Shown: piece by piece, positions 7,060 to 15,497 of the stretch
Layout of the letters: each line of letters opens with the position of its first letter
Numbering within the stretch: the first letter of the stretch is position 1
NCBI GenBank assembly: GCA_964362205.1
Contig: CAYIDA010000005.1
Coordinates: 64,001-82,409 of the forward strand
Length of the DNA stretch: 18,409 bases
Source of the DNA: an uncultured Gammaproteobacteria bacterium
GTDB lineage: Bacteria; Patescibacteriota; Patescibacteriia; UBA11705; JABHMO01
Reading direction: 5' to 3'
Notes under the pieces: generated by a model
The model's input: only the letters and a program-made list of their open reading frames with translations
Told to the model about the DNA's origin: nothing
Database searches by the model: none
Made by a program: the position numbers and the translations under genes

Positions 7060-7284
7060 ATGAAAAAAGTCATCTTCAACATCGTGGCTGTAGTCATTCT
7101 TCTAACGGTTGGAGCGGTGGTTGGTTATTATTTCGGTTATCAAACCGGATACAAAGACAGCAGCGCGAATCAAACTATAGTTAATCCTCTTGAGAAAGCA
7201 GCTGATGCCGCGAATAGTTATAAAAATCCTTTTGAATATCAAAATCCTTTTGATCAGATCAAACTCAATCCGTTCGCGAAGTAA
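7060..7284 (+). CDS. small N-terminally anchored protein with NPF repeats, 74 aa
   Basis: An N-terminal TM or signal-anchor (IFNIVAVVILLTVGAVVGYYFGY) followed by the repeats NPFEYQNPFDQIKLNPF. No Shine-Dalgarno is present. Confidence 0.45.
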   Translation: MKKVIFNIVAVVILLTVGAVVGYYFGYQTGYKDSSANQTIVNPLEKAADAANSYKNPFEYQNPFDQIKLNPFAK

Positions 7285-7314
7285 TTTTGAAGTTTAATGA
7301 TTTAAAATAATTAT

Positions 7315-9459
7315 ATGAAGCTTAAACACTTCTTTATCATCGGAGCTTGTTCGGTTGTGGTGATATTTTCAATGTCGTTTTTAGTCGTGCAAGCGCAGAA
7401 TGTTTCACAGAGCGCTTCTTCTTCAGTTTCTTCAATTTCCTTTCCGATTGCGGAATTGGGAAATTGTTCGTCCATTGCTGATTGCAAAACTTATTGTGAT
7501 GATTTGGACAACGTCAATGCCTGTCTTGATTATGCGTTGAAAAACGATTTGATGCCGAAAGAGCAGGTTGAAGTTATAAAAAACGAAACAAAAGTTGATG
7601 GTCCAGGCGGTTGCGCAGACAGAAAACAATGCGCCGCGTATTGCGACCAGGAAGAAAATTTTGAAGAATGTGTTTCGTTCGCAGAAAAAAATAAAATAAT
7701 TTCACCGGAAGAATCCAAGGCAGCCAAGAAGCTTGGCCCGAAGATGGTTGGTCCCGGCGGTTGCAAAGGCAAAGATGAATGCAAAGCTTATTGTGATGAA
7801 CCGAATAATCAGGCAGAGTGTTTAGCGTTTTCGGAAAAGAATGGTCTCATCAGCAAAGAAGAGGCCGCGAAAATAAAAAAGATGGGACCACTGAAAGAAG
7901 GTCCGGGCGGCTGTAAAGGAAAAAAAGAATGCGATAATTATTGCGGAAATCCGGTTAATGCTGAAGTCTGTATTGCTTTTGCAGAAAAGAACGGGCTCAT
8001 TAGTTCTGATGAGGCAAAAAAAACAAAAAAGTTTATTCCGAAAGATGAAGGACCTGGTGGTTGTCATGGGCCGGTTGAATGTAAGACTTTTTGTGATCAG
8101 CCTGATAACCAGGAAACATGTTTAGCTTTTTCGGAGAAGTATGAGCTGATGAGCAAAGAAGAAATTGCTCAAGCCAGAAAAATGGGACCGCTCAAAGAAG
8201 GTCCGGGCGGTTGCAAAGGCCCGGACGAATGCAAAGCTTTTTGCGATAAACAGGAGAATCAAGAGACCTGCGTTAATTTTTCTCTTGAACATGGTCTCAT
8301 GAGCAAAGAGCAAGCTGAAATGGTTAAAAATGGTCCAAGTATAAAAGGCGGACCGGGGGGATGCCAAGGGAAAGAGGAGTGTGACAGCTTCTGCCAAAAA
8401 ACAGAAAACACTGAAACGTGTATTAACTTTTCTGTTGAAAACGGATTTATGAGCAAGGATGAAGCGGACAGGATTAAACAAGGCGCAGTGCCGATTACCC
8501 CGAATGGAAACTGTAAAGAAAAAGATGGAAATTGTCCGGCCATGGATGCTCCGGGGACTCCGTTTACGGAAAATGATTGCCAAGGCGATGATTGTCCGGA
8601 TATTAATGTTTCAGGACCTAGGGTAAACGAGCAGAGTTGCCAAGGTGAGGATTGTGAAGATTTTGGTTTGCAGGATAAACCGCAGCCGCAGGGCATGATG
8701 CAAAAATTTAAAAATGGCATTGGAGTAATGAAGAAATTTATTTCTCCTGATGATCCGAATATTGTGCCGAACTGTAAGGGCGATGAGTGCAAGATTAAGC
8801 TGGAGCAGGTTGAAGACGAGGGAGTAGGCGAAGGCGGGCAAGCGGTTCAGCCTAGCCAACCAACAAACTCCTCAGCACAACAACCTCAAGGAATGATGCA
8901 AAAATTTAAAAAGTTTATTTCTTCTGATGATACCGATATTGTGCCGAATTGCAAAGGCGATGAATGCAAAATAAAGCTTGAACAAGTTGAAGATGAAGGC
9001 GTTGGTGAAGGTGGGCAAGCCGTTCAGTCTGGACAACCGAACAAACAAGCAATGCCGTTAAAACCGTATAATAAAATACCGTCGGGTGATCCGGCCTTGG
9101 CGCCGAACTGTCAAGGCGGTAATTGTAAGAGTAAAATTGAATCAAAGAATGCGCCCTCCGACCCCGCAGCTGACGGGGCAGGCGAGGCTCCTGCCTCCGT
9201 TGGAACTACGGCAGGCAAGCAGGGTGATAAACAGGGTGACAAAGGCGAGAACGGACAAGCAGTTCAGTCTGGTCAACCGAACAAACAAGCAACGTCGTTA
9301 AAACCGTATAATAAAATACCTTCGGGTGATCCTGCTTTGGCGCCGAACTGTCAAGGCGATGGTTGTAAAACAAACATTAAACCGATGAAACAGCCAGTGG
9401 TTGAAAACGGGCAATCTTTTCCCAAGAATGAACCTGCGGAAATAAAAACCAATCAATAA
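7315..9459 (+). CDS. secreted cysteine-rich tandem-repeat surface protein, 714 aa
   Basis: Signal peptide with an AQA cleavage site. Then about seven 50-aa modules of the form GPGGCxGxxECxxYCDxPxNxxxCxxFxEKNGLISxEEAxxIKKxGP, each with four Cys. A C-terminal region holds two further repeat families (QPQGMMQKFK...NCKGDECKIKLEQVEDEGVGEGGQAVQ x2 and GQAVQSGQPNKQAxxLKPYNKIPSGDPALAPNCQGxxCK x2). Confidence 0.8.
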   Translation: MKLKHFFIIGACSVVVIFSMSFLVVQAQNVSQSASSSVSSISFPIAELGNCSSIADCKTYCDDLDNVNACLDYALKNDLMPKEQVEVIKNETKVDGPGGCADRKQCAAYCDQEENFEECVSFAEKNKIISPEESKAAKKLGPKMVGPGGCKGKDECKAYCDEPNNQAECLAFSEKNGLISKEEAAKIKKMGPLKEGPGGCKGKKECDNYCGNPVNAEVCIAFAEKNGLISSDEAKKTKKFIPKDEGPGGCHGPVECKTFCDQPDNQETCLAFSEKYELMSKEEIAQARKMGPLKEGPGGCKGPDECKAFCDKQENQETCVNFSLEHGLMSKEQAEMVKNGPSIKGGPGGCQGKEECDSFCQKTENTETCINFSVENGFMSKDEADRIKQGAVPITPNGNCKEKDGNCPAMDAPGTPFTENDCQGDDCPDINVSGPRVNEQSCQGEDCEDFGLQDKPQPQGMMQKFKNGIGVMKKFISPDDPNIVPNCKGDECKIKLEQVEDEGVGEGGQAVQPSQPTNSSAQQPQGMMQKFKKFISSDDTDIVPNCKGDECKIKLEQVEDEGVGEGGQAVQSGQPNKQAMPLKPYNKIPSGDPALAPNCQGGNCKSKIESKNAPSDPAADGAGEAPASVGTTAGKQGDKQGDKGENGQAVQSGQPNKQATSLKPYNKIPSGDPALAPNCQGDGCKTNIKPMKQPVVENGQSFPKNEPAEIKTNQ
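7450..8520 (+). repeat. seven in-frame tandem repeats, 150-nt period (GPGGC... 4-Cys module)
   Basis: GGTCCnGGnGGnTGC recurs at about 7601, 7750, 7900, 8050, 8200 and 8350. Confidence 0.75.
8689..9036 (+). repeat. two copies of an about 150-nt coding repeat; the protein is identical over NCKGDECKIKLEQVEDEGVGEGGQAVQ while the DNA differs at many synonymous sites
   Basis: The copies at 8689-8850 and 8887-9036 were compared by eye. Third-position differences include aag/aaa, gag/gaa and ctg/ctt. Confidence 0.6.
9013..9368 (+). repeat. two near-identical about 115-nt DNA repeats (9013-9128 and 9253-9368) encoding GQAVQSGQPNKQA..LKPYNKIPSGDPALAPNCQG
   Basis: Read directly. They are about 90% identical at the DNA level and separated by a Gly/Asp/Lys-rich linker. 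Confidence 0.6.
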
Positions 9460-9468
9460 TAATTTATA

Positions 9469-9510
9469 AAAAGAATTGTCTCGCGAAGCTGGGGCAATTC
9501 TTTGTTTTAA
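9469..9510 (+). terminator. possible terminator: 8-bp stem AAGAATTG/CAATTCTT with a large 18-nt loop, followed by TGTTTT
   Basis: Read directly. It is weak because of the large loop. Confidence 0.3.
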
Positions 9511-9529
9511 ACGGATTTTGTGATATAAT
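9501..9529 (+). promoter_or_regulatory. promoter with an extended -10 (TGaTATAAT) and a weak -35 (TTTGTT/TTGTTT)
   Basis: TATAAT at 9524-9529 is preceded by TGa, about 25 nt upstream of the ATG at 9554. The leader is short and has no clear Shine-Dalgarno. Confidence 0.45.
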
Positions 9530-9553
9530 ATGGCGGAAAGTTATTAAAGAACC

Positions 9554-12500
9554 ATGCTGTCTGGATTACCAAAAATTTCCGGAGAAGCAAAAACGATCTC
9601 TGCGGAAGCAGCGCAAAAACAAAGCGTTAATGATCGGTATTTTTGGTATTATAGAAATGTAAAATATTTTGTCAAAGACGGAGAAGAGCGATTGGGTTTT
9701 GGTCACGCTGATGTCAGAAATTTACGGGAGTATTTGCGTGAGGTCAAACAGAGCGGGAATCAAATTGAATATTTGGCCTTGCTTCAGTTTATCGGAAATG
9801 AGCGGAGCTCTGGAATGGACAAATTTGAATCTTCTGATTATAGTGTTGCAGGAAGTCAGCTCAAATTGAATTTAGATGAACTGGCGAGCATACTGCGCGC
9901 ACAGGAATTAAAAAAAATGGTAGCCGAAGAAAAAATTCCAATCGATCCGACGAATGTTGCTGATCTTGAAAAGAATGTTCATTTACTGTTAGATATTTTA
10001 GCCTGCAAAAATGAAATTGGCGGAGAGGCGGTGATCGAAAAAGCAATGACATTGATTCTTTCATGTTTAAGCGAACAGGAAAGATGGGGGTTTTCAATAA
10101 TCAGGACTGAATGCCGCGGTTTTATTGAAAGGTTTCTATCTGAATATGTTAACGTTTTGGCGGTTGATAATAAGGAGCAGGAATTAAAAAACAAGATTGA
10201 CCGAACTAATCTGGTTGGACCATGGAAAACACAACTGGAGGCTTTGGTCGAAAAATTAACAGTCAACACTAAACGTTATCGAGGTGATATAGGCGATAAT
10301 CTGATAAGGATGTTCGATCGCTTTGGATTGACTGCCGGAAAAAACTTTTTAAAAATGTTTATCAAGGCTACGGTTGACTTTTTACCGGCGCGCGATGAAG
10401 ATCATCAGGCTTTTGAATTGTTGTCAAAAAAATATAAAATCAATGAAAAAGTTTTGGCAGCGTTGCGTCGTATCGAGGACCCGCGGCAGAGATTTGAGGA
10501 AGCGAAAAAAATTTGTGAAACTGTCGGCGCTGATGTTGTTCTCGATCATATTTATGAGTTGAATTTACCGTCCGGGCAGGAAGAACAATTGCTTGAAGTA
10601 ATGGCTGAAATTGATCCGGAATCGGTTTTGCATCACGCGCGATATATTGATTTTGAGAATTTGAAAAATCGCCATGAAGTTTATTTCGCGCTATTGGTAA
10701 ATTCAACTGAACTTTTTGTCAATTATTTGGATGAATTGAATATTGATCGTGAAGAACTGGCGGAACTGATGTTGAAGGCGGCGGACAGCCGACCGCTCGA
10801 TATTTTGGTGAATTTTGATTTGATCATGAAAAAAGTTCCGACCTTTGCCTCAGAGTTGGTTGCAAAAATAAAAACCGGATTTGAATCAATCGAGCATACT
10901 GACGCGGAGATCCTGAATCAGTTGACCGATATAAGAATAAAAAGCCGGCCGGAAGCCAGCAGTTTGGTTTCTTCCTTGCGCACGCAGGCTATAATCAATT
11001 CGTCTGATTTGCTAATGAGTAGACTTGATTTTAATGCTACTTCGAATTACGCGGAAAAAACCAAGTTGGCTGAAGACGCGAAGATGTTTTTAGCTGAATG
11101 CGGGCAAAAAAAGGGCGTGCGCGATGTTTTGGAATATACATATTCTCGCCATCCGGAAATGCATGATCGCATAATAAGAGGATCTTTTGGTGAGACAAAG
11201 GGCGGACTTCCGCCCGCTTCTCCTGACGCTGTGTTATTGATATTGAAGGAATTGATTGATGATGATGATTTTTATGGTGCGTCAGAGATTATTCTCGGTC
11301 GAGAAGTCAGTGAAATGAGTTTAGCTGGCCGGAAGGAAATTGGTGAGATGGTAAAAATGTTAATCAGGGATACTGAATATAGCGACATGGGCGTGTTCAA
11401 ATATTATGGAGCCGGTTGGATTAATCATAAGGAGCTTCAGAACTATTTTGATGAAAAAATCGAACAAAATGTTTTGGATATAGTTGATTTCAACGAAGAA
11501 GATGCCAATCTTCAACATTTTTTGACTGACCAACAAAAAGAGCGGATCATTGAACTATTGGTTGAAAATTCACCGGCTGTATTGGCGAAAAATTTTTATC
11601 GGTTGCGGGTGACCAATGGAAAGACCGAGCATGAAGCTGTGCGCAAATATATGGCTGATGGCAAACAGCCGTTTTGTCTTTTCCAAACACCGGCTGAAGC
11701 CATCGGTTTTCTCTCGAAAAAGTCTTATGGCAGATGCTGGAACGAGGATGGTTCGAAAAAAATAGTGGCGGAAATGATTGCCATGAATAAATTTATCCAA
11801 GGATTGCATAATCCTGAAATTGAGAAAATGTTGTCAGAAAAAGAATATACAACGCGAAATCTATCAGAGAGAAATTTGTTTTTGATGGATGCGTTTATGA
11901 AAAGATATCGGCAGGTTTTTGAAGAGTTGGTAGCGCTCGATGATCGTGGTTTTTATTGGATTGATGTTTTTTTCGCGGTCAAGGATGAAGGCGATTTTCC
12001 GAAGTTGGCGAAAATAATAGCGGAAGCAGTGAAGATGGACAAGGATTATGCCAAGGGAGTTGCGGCAATGGAAAAAGACAGAGGCAGAGATAGAGATGCG
12101 TCTAGACCTACTATGAAACTTATGTATTGGGATAATGATAAACTAGGTCGAACTCATTCTCCGAAATATAAATGGCGGCAGAGCTTTCGTGAAAATCATC
12201 CGGAGCCGCCAAGCTCGTACCATCGTGGCTATTTAATTGGGATGGCGCTTCGCCTTGATACCACTTATCATGGAATAATCGAGAAAATGGAGAAATTGGA
12301 AAAAAACCTCAATCAAGACATTGAAAGCAATGATCCTTTTGCTCCAATCCAGTTTATACATTCGGAAGAGGCATTTTTTAGATTGAGGTTTCTTGAAGAA
12401 AATAAAACATCGATAAACAGATTGATTGTATTCGCTAAGCAAAAATCCATTAGCGATATTTTTAGCGTGCTTGAAACGATTTGTCAGCTCAATAAAAGTG

Positions 12501-14176
12501 AACAAAGTGTTTTTTTAAACAAGACTGATTGGGAAGAAATAATAAAAGGATTTGACGCAACAGAGATTTTGAATATTTATTTGAAATATTGCGCTCAAGG
12601 GTTGATTCGTCCGTCGGAAAGCGAAAGCGTGAAAGTTTTTAGAGAATACTTGGGCATATTTGGCGCGCTTGACTCGGTTTGTCTCTTTAAAAAGTTTATG
12701 TTTCTGCGCGCTGGTCATGAACCGGATGGTGAATTGAAAGAAATCGGCGTTGAAACTACTGGTAATCAAGGTCTGCGGCAGTTTATTGAAAAATATTATG
12801 ATTTGCGCGATCGTTTTATTTTGCAAGGGGAGTTTAAGCAGGCTGATTGGAATTTAGAAAACAGGCTTGTCTTGGAATTACTTAGCGTTTATAGTGACTT
12901 TGATCTTGGTAAGTGGAAAGGCAGTGACGAAAGATTTAAGGAATTAATTGAAAAATTTACTTTGGCAAAAAAAGAGGGCAGGACGGCGCCGCTTGATAGC
13001 GCATTTGTTGTTCAAAAAATTAGCGTGGCAGAATTGGTTGATTTTGATGCGGAAAACATTACTTTGAGCGCGGAGGCGACTGATCGTTTCAAGACGCTCG
13101 TTGACAGCAGTTCGCGAAGTTACTTGGCTCGCAGATCAGAGGAGGAGCAACTGCAGGTTTTTTCCCGTAGCTGTCTCAATAATATTGAGGAGGAATTACG
13201 ACGATTACAAAGAAAATTAACTGTGGCTGAAAAAGAAACTGATGAGAAAACTAATTTTCGGCAAGATGGTTTGAGCCGGCAAATAGACATAATTAAGCGG
13301 TTGGGAAACGCGGTCGAAACGGCGAAAACTTCGGAAGAATTGTTACGGACGTTGCTTGATTTTGAAACAATCAATGACAGAAAGAGCGACAATAATATTA
13401 CCACGACGATTATTCGCGAGATTGTTTTCGCGCGGGCACGTGTTGATCACGAAGACTATTTCAGTGAATTTATGAAAACCAGTTCAAAAGACAAACCGGG
13501 GAAAAGCGATTTGGAAAAAATGGTTGAGTTTGTGAATAATATTCTAAAACAGCATGTTTGGCCGACGCTTGATTTACCGGCCAGCCATAATAAAAAACTG
13601 TCAAAAATATTCAATGTCAGCGAATTAAAAAAAGAAATCAGCCGTCTTGATGAGATGCTCAGCGGCAAGAAGCGCGAATTGCTTTGTGTGCCAACCAGAG
13701 AAATGCTCGGAGAATTCAGTGGTTACTATGCCAATGCTTGTTGGAATGCGCTTGAAAATATCATGGAGAAAAATCCGGCTATGACGGCCGTGGCGTTTGT
13801 TTCCAATCCTGAAGACCGGAAGCATCGCCGTTTGGCCGGCGCCACCCTGCTGATTGAAACTACGGTTGATGGTAAAAAGGCGATGATTGTTCGCGGACTA
13901 AATCCAAGCCAGAATGTTATTGAACAGCTTAGCGCGGAAAACTTCACTGAAGAATTTATTGAAAAGTATTTACTGCCGATTTGCCGCGAGAAGGGGATTG
14001 ATTTACTGATTTGTCCGCTGTATAACCATCACGCGTTAACTAATCGCCCGTCCATTGAAGAATATTTGAAAAAGAAATATCAGAACACTCAACGCGTCAA
14101 GCTTGATGAGACGGTTAATTTCAATGGTTATGATATTACAAAGAGTTGCGTGGTTTTGAGAGATATTTCACAATAA
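9554..14176 (+). CDS. giant orphan hypothetical protein, 1540 aa, mostly alpha-helical and charged, with no TM or signal peptide
   Basis: A single uninterrupted 4.6-kb ORF with AT-rich codon usage matching the flanking genes. I find no P-loop or HExxH. The C-terminal region has a Cys...His arrangement (YYANACWNALEN ... PLYNHHALTN, about 97 aa apart) reminiscent of papain-like or transglutaminase-like cysteine peptidases. That last point is speculative. Confidence 0.75.
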   Translation: MLSGLPKISGEAKTISAEAAQKQSVNDRYFWYYRNVKYFVKDGEERLGFGHADVRNLREYLREVKQSGNQIEYLALLQFIGNERSSGMDKFESSDYSVAGSQLKLNLDELASILRAQELKKMVAEEKIPIDPTNVADLEKNVHLLLDILACKNEIGGEAVIEKAMTLILSCLSEQERWGFSIIRTECRGFIERFLSEYVNVLAVDNKEQELKNKIDRTNLVGPWKTQLEALVEKLTVNTKRYRGDIGDNLIRMFDRFGLTAGKNFLKMFIKATVDFLPARDEDHQAFELLSKKYKINEKVLAALRRIEDPRQRFEEAKKICETVGADVVLDHIYELNLPSGQEEQLLEVMAEIDPESVLHHARYIDFENLKNRHEVYFALLVNSTELFVNYLDELNIDREELAELMLKAADSRPLDILVNFDLIMKKVPTFASELVAKIKTGFESIEHTDAEILNQLTDIRIKSRPEASSLVSSLRTQAIINSSDLLMSRLDFNATSNYAEKTKLAEDAKMFLAECGQKKGVRDVLEYTYSRHPEMHDRIIRGSFGETKGGLPPASPDAVLLILKELIDDDDFYGASEIILGREVSEMSLAGRKEIGEMVKMLIRDTEYSDMGVFKYYGAGWINHKELQNYFDEKIEQNVLDIVDFNEEDANLQHFLTDQQKERIIELLVENSPAVLAKNFYRLRVTNGKTEHEAVRKYMADGKQPFCLFQTPAEAIGFLSKKSYGRCWNEDGSKKIVAEMIAMNKFIQGLHNPEIEKMLSEKEYTTRNLSERNLFLMDAFMKRYRQVFEELVALDDRGFYWIDVFFAVKDEGDFPKLAKIIAEAVKMDKDYAKGVAAMEKDRGRDRDASRPTMKLMYWDNDKLGRTHSPKYKWRQSFRENHPEPPSSYHRGYLIGMALRLDTTYHGIIEKMEKLEKNLNQDIESNDPFAPIQFIHSEEAFFRLRFLEENKTSINRLIVFAKQKSISDIFSVLETICQLNKSEQSVFLNKTDWEEIIKGFDATEILNIYLKYCAQGLIRPSESESVKVFREYLGIFGALDSVCLFKKFMFLRAGHEPDGELKEIGVETTGNQGLRQFIEKYYDLRDRFILQGEFKQADWNLENRLVLELLSVYSDFDLGKWKGSDERFKELIEKFTLAKKEGRTAPLDSAFVVQKISVAELVDFDAENITLSAEATDRFKTLVDSSSRSYLARRSEEEQLQVFSRSCLNNIEEELRRLQRKLTVAEKETDEKTNFRQDGLSRQIDIIKRLGNAVETAKTSEELLRTLLDFETINDRKSDNNITTTIIREIVFARARVDHEDYFSEFMKTSSKDKPGKSDLEKMVEFVNNILKQHVWPTLDLPASHNKKLSKIFNVSELKKEISRLDEMLSGKKRELLCVPTREMLGEFSGYYANACWNALENIMEKNPAMTAVAFVSNPEDRKHRRLAGATLLIETTVDGKKAMIVRGLNPSQNVIEQLSAENFTEEFIEKYLLPICREKGIDLLICPLYNHHALTNRPSIEEYLKKKYQNTQRVKLDETVNFNGYDITKSCVVLRDISQ

Positions 14177-14278
14177 TGATTGTTGAGATGTTTGGGAATT
14201 TGAGAAGTTTTAGATTTGCTTAAATGGTTTCATTATTATAACGATATCCCAACAATCCTAATTCCCCCAATTTTCTCA

Positions 14279-15199
14279 ATGATCTCATTAAATATGCCTT
14301 GGCTTTGGATCGTAATCTGTTCACAATTCGCCAATGCCGGCGCGCAACTGCTGGATAAATTTTTGCTGACTAAAAAGTTTCCCCGGCCGGCGGTTTTAAC
14401 GTTTTGGACAGCGGTGGCGAATTTGCTTGGCGTGGTTTTTGTTTTTTGGGATTTTGTTTTATTCCCCGGCTGGCCATTATTACTTCTATCGCTTGGTTCG
14501 GGCATTGCTTTCACGATTGCACTCCAATTCCTTTACGTCGGCCTTAAAACCGGTGAAGCCTCGCACATCGCGCCTCTCGTCGGCGGAGTGGTGGCAATTG
14601 CTTCTTTTGTAATTTCATATTTTTGGCTCGGCGAGCGTTTAACCTTTTATCAGCAGATAGCAGTGCTTTTATTGGTGATCGGATCGCTCCTTATTTCTTT
14701 TGAGAAAAGTAAAAAACATAATGGCTGGCACATCGGTATGCTCTGGGCGATTTTCAGCGGCGTATTTTTCGCTTTGTCTTATGTGATGTCTCGAGCCGTA
14801 TTTCTGGAAACAACGTTCAGCACCGGATTTGTTTGGGCGCGTATTGGATCGTTTGCCGCGGCCTTACCACTGCTTTTGTCAGCGCCGGTAAGGAAATCTT
14901 TGTTCGCAAAATCCGAGAAACAAAAAGAAAAATCAAGGTCAGGTATGGTTATTCTGGCAATAAACAAAGTTTTGGCAGCGCTATATTTTATTGGCATGAA
15001 CTATGCGATTTCTCTAGCCAGCGCCACGATCGTCAATGCTTTGGCCGGTCTACAATACGCGATTTTGTTAACCTTGATTTTTATTTGCACGAAGAAGTTA
15101 CCACAATTTTTTCGCGAACAGTTTACTGCGAGAGAATTTGTTCAAGAAGGAATCGCCATTGTTGTCATTATGGCGGGGTTGGCGTTTTTGGTGTTCTAA
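14279..15199 (+). CDS. EamA/DMT-superfamily transporter (10-TM permease)
   Basis: About ten hydrophobic helices with a central charged loop (KSEKQKEKSRS) between two 5-TM halves, as in EamA duplications. The start is uncertain: in-frame candidates are TTG 14216, ATG 14279 and ATG 14294. Confidence 0.65.
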   Translation: MISLNMPWLWIVICSQFANAGAQLLDKFLLTKKFPRPAVLTFWTAVANLLGVVFVFWDFVLFPGWPLLLLSLGSGIAFTIALQFLYVGLKTGEASHIAPLVGGVVAIASFVISYFWLGERLTFYQQIAVLLLVIGSLLISFEKSKKHNGWHIGMLWAIFSGVFFALSYVMSRAVFLETTFSTGFVWARIGSFAAALPLLLSAPVRKSLFAKSEKQKEKSRSGMVILAINKVLAALYFIGMNYAISLASATIVNALAGLQYAILLTLIFICTKKLPQFFREQFTAREFVQEGIAIVVIMAGLAFLVF

Positions 15200-15276
15200 T
15201 ATATTAGAAATGAGAGCGTTGTATACATTTTTAACATTTAATACTCTTAACTGATTTATGGTGATTACATTGCATT

Positions 15277-15418
15277 CCACGGGGTCCGGCCGTAAACCAC
15301 TCCTTCGTCGGGTTCACGGTAAAGGCGAACTCTTTTGGTTTACCCTGAACCGACGCGTAGCGTCTGGTTCAGGGCGTCAAAAAGTAACCCTGCGGAGCAT
15401 CGCGATAAACTAATTTAT
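15277..15418 (+). ncRNA. candidate structured RNA or cis-regulatory 5' leader (GC-rich, multi-hairpin) upstream of the glycoside-hydrolase-like gene
   Basis: About 55% GC in an AT-rich intergenic region. Pairings read directly: GTAAACC 15292-15298 with GGTTTAC 15337-15343; a 14-bp hairpin CCCTGAACCGACGC-gta-GCGTC(t)GGTTCAGGG at about 15343-15373; and a hairpin CGATAAA-ctaa-TTTATCG at 15401-15418 immediately before a GGGAGG Shine-Dalgarno and a 13-codon uORF (15438-15479). Confidence 0.35.
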
Positions 15419-15497
15419 CGGGAGGTTCATTGAATCCATGAATCAAACTGTAAACAACGCTACCAATTCTTGCATTTAATATTAAAATAAAAACAAC

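Noticed and set aside
7450-9370. Tandem repeats considered as a CRISPR array
   Set aside because: The repeats are in-frame coding modules of one long ORF (150-nt period, no spacer-repeat architecture, no cas genes).
14216-14278. TTG start at 14216 for the EamA transporter
   Set aside because: The non-ATG start adds a 21-aa non-membrane N-terminal extension with no Shine-Dalgarno. The in-frame ATG at 14279 (or 14294) begins right at TM1. The choice remains uncertain.
15277-15400. GC-rich element considered as tRNA, SRP RNA, tmRNA, RNase P RNA, or a TPP, c-di-GMP, ykkC or ZTP riboswitch
   Set aside because: I found no T-loop/acceptor cloverleaf, no SRP domain-IV motif and no CUGAGA or other family-defining consensus. 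The intergenic space is too short for RNase P or tmRNA. It is left as an unclassified structured-RNA candidate pending a covariance-model search.
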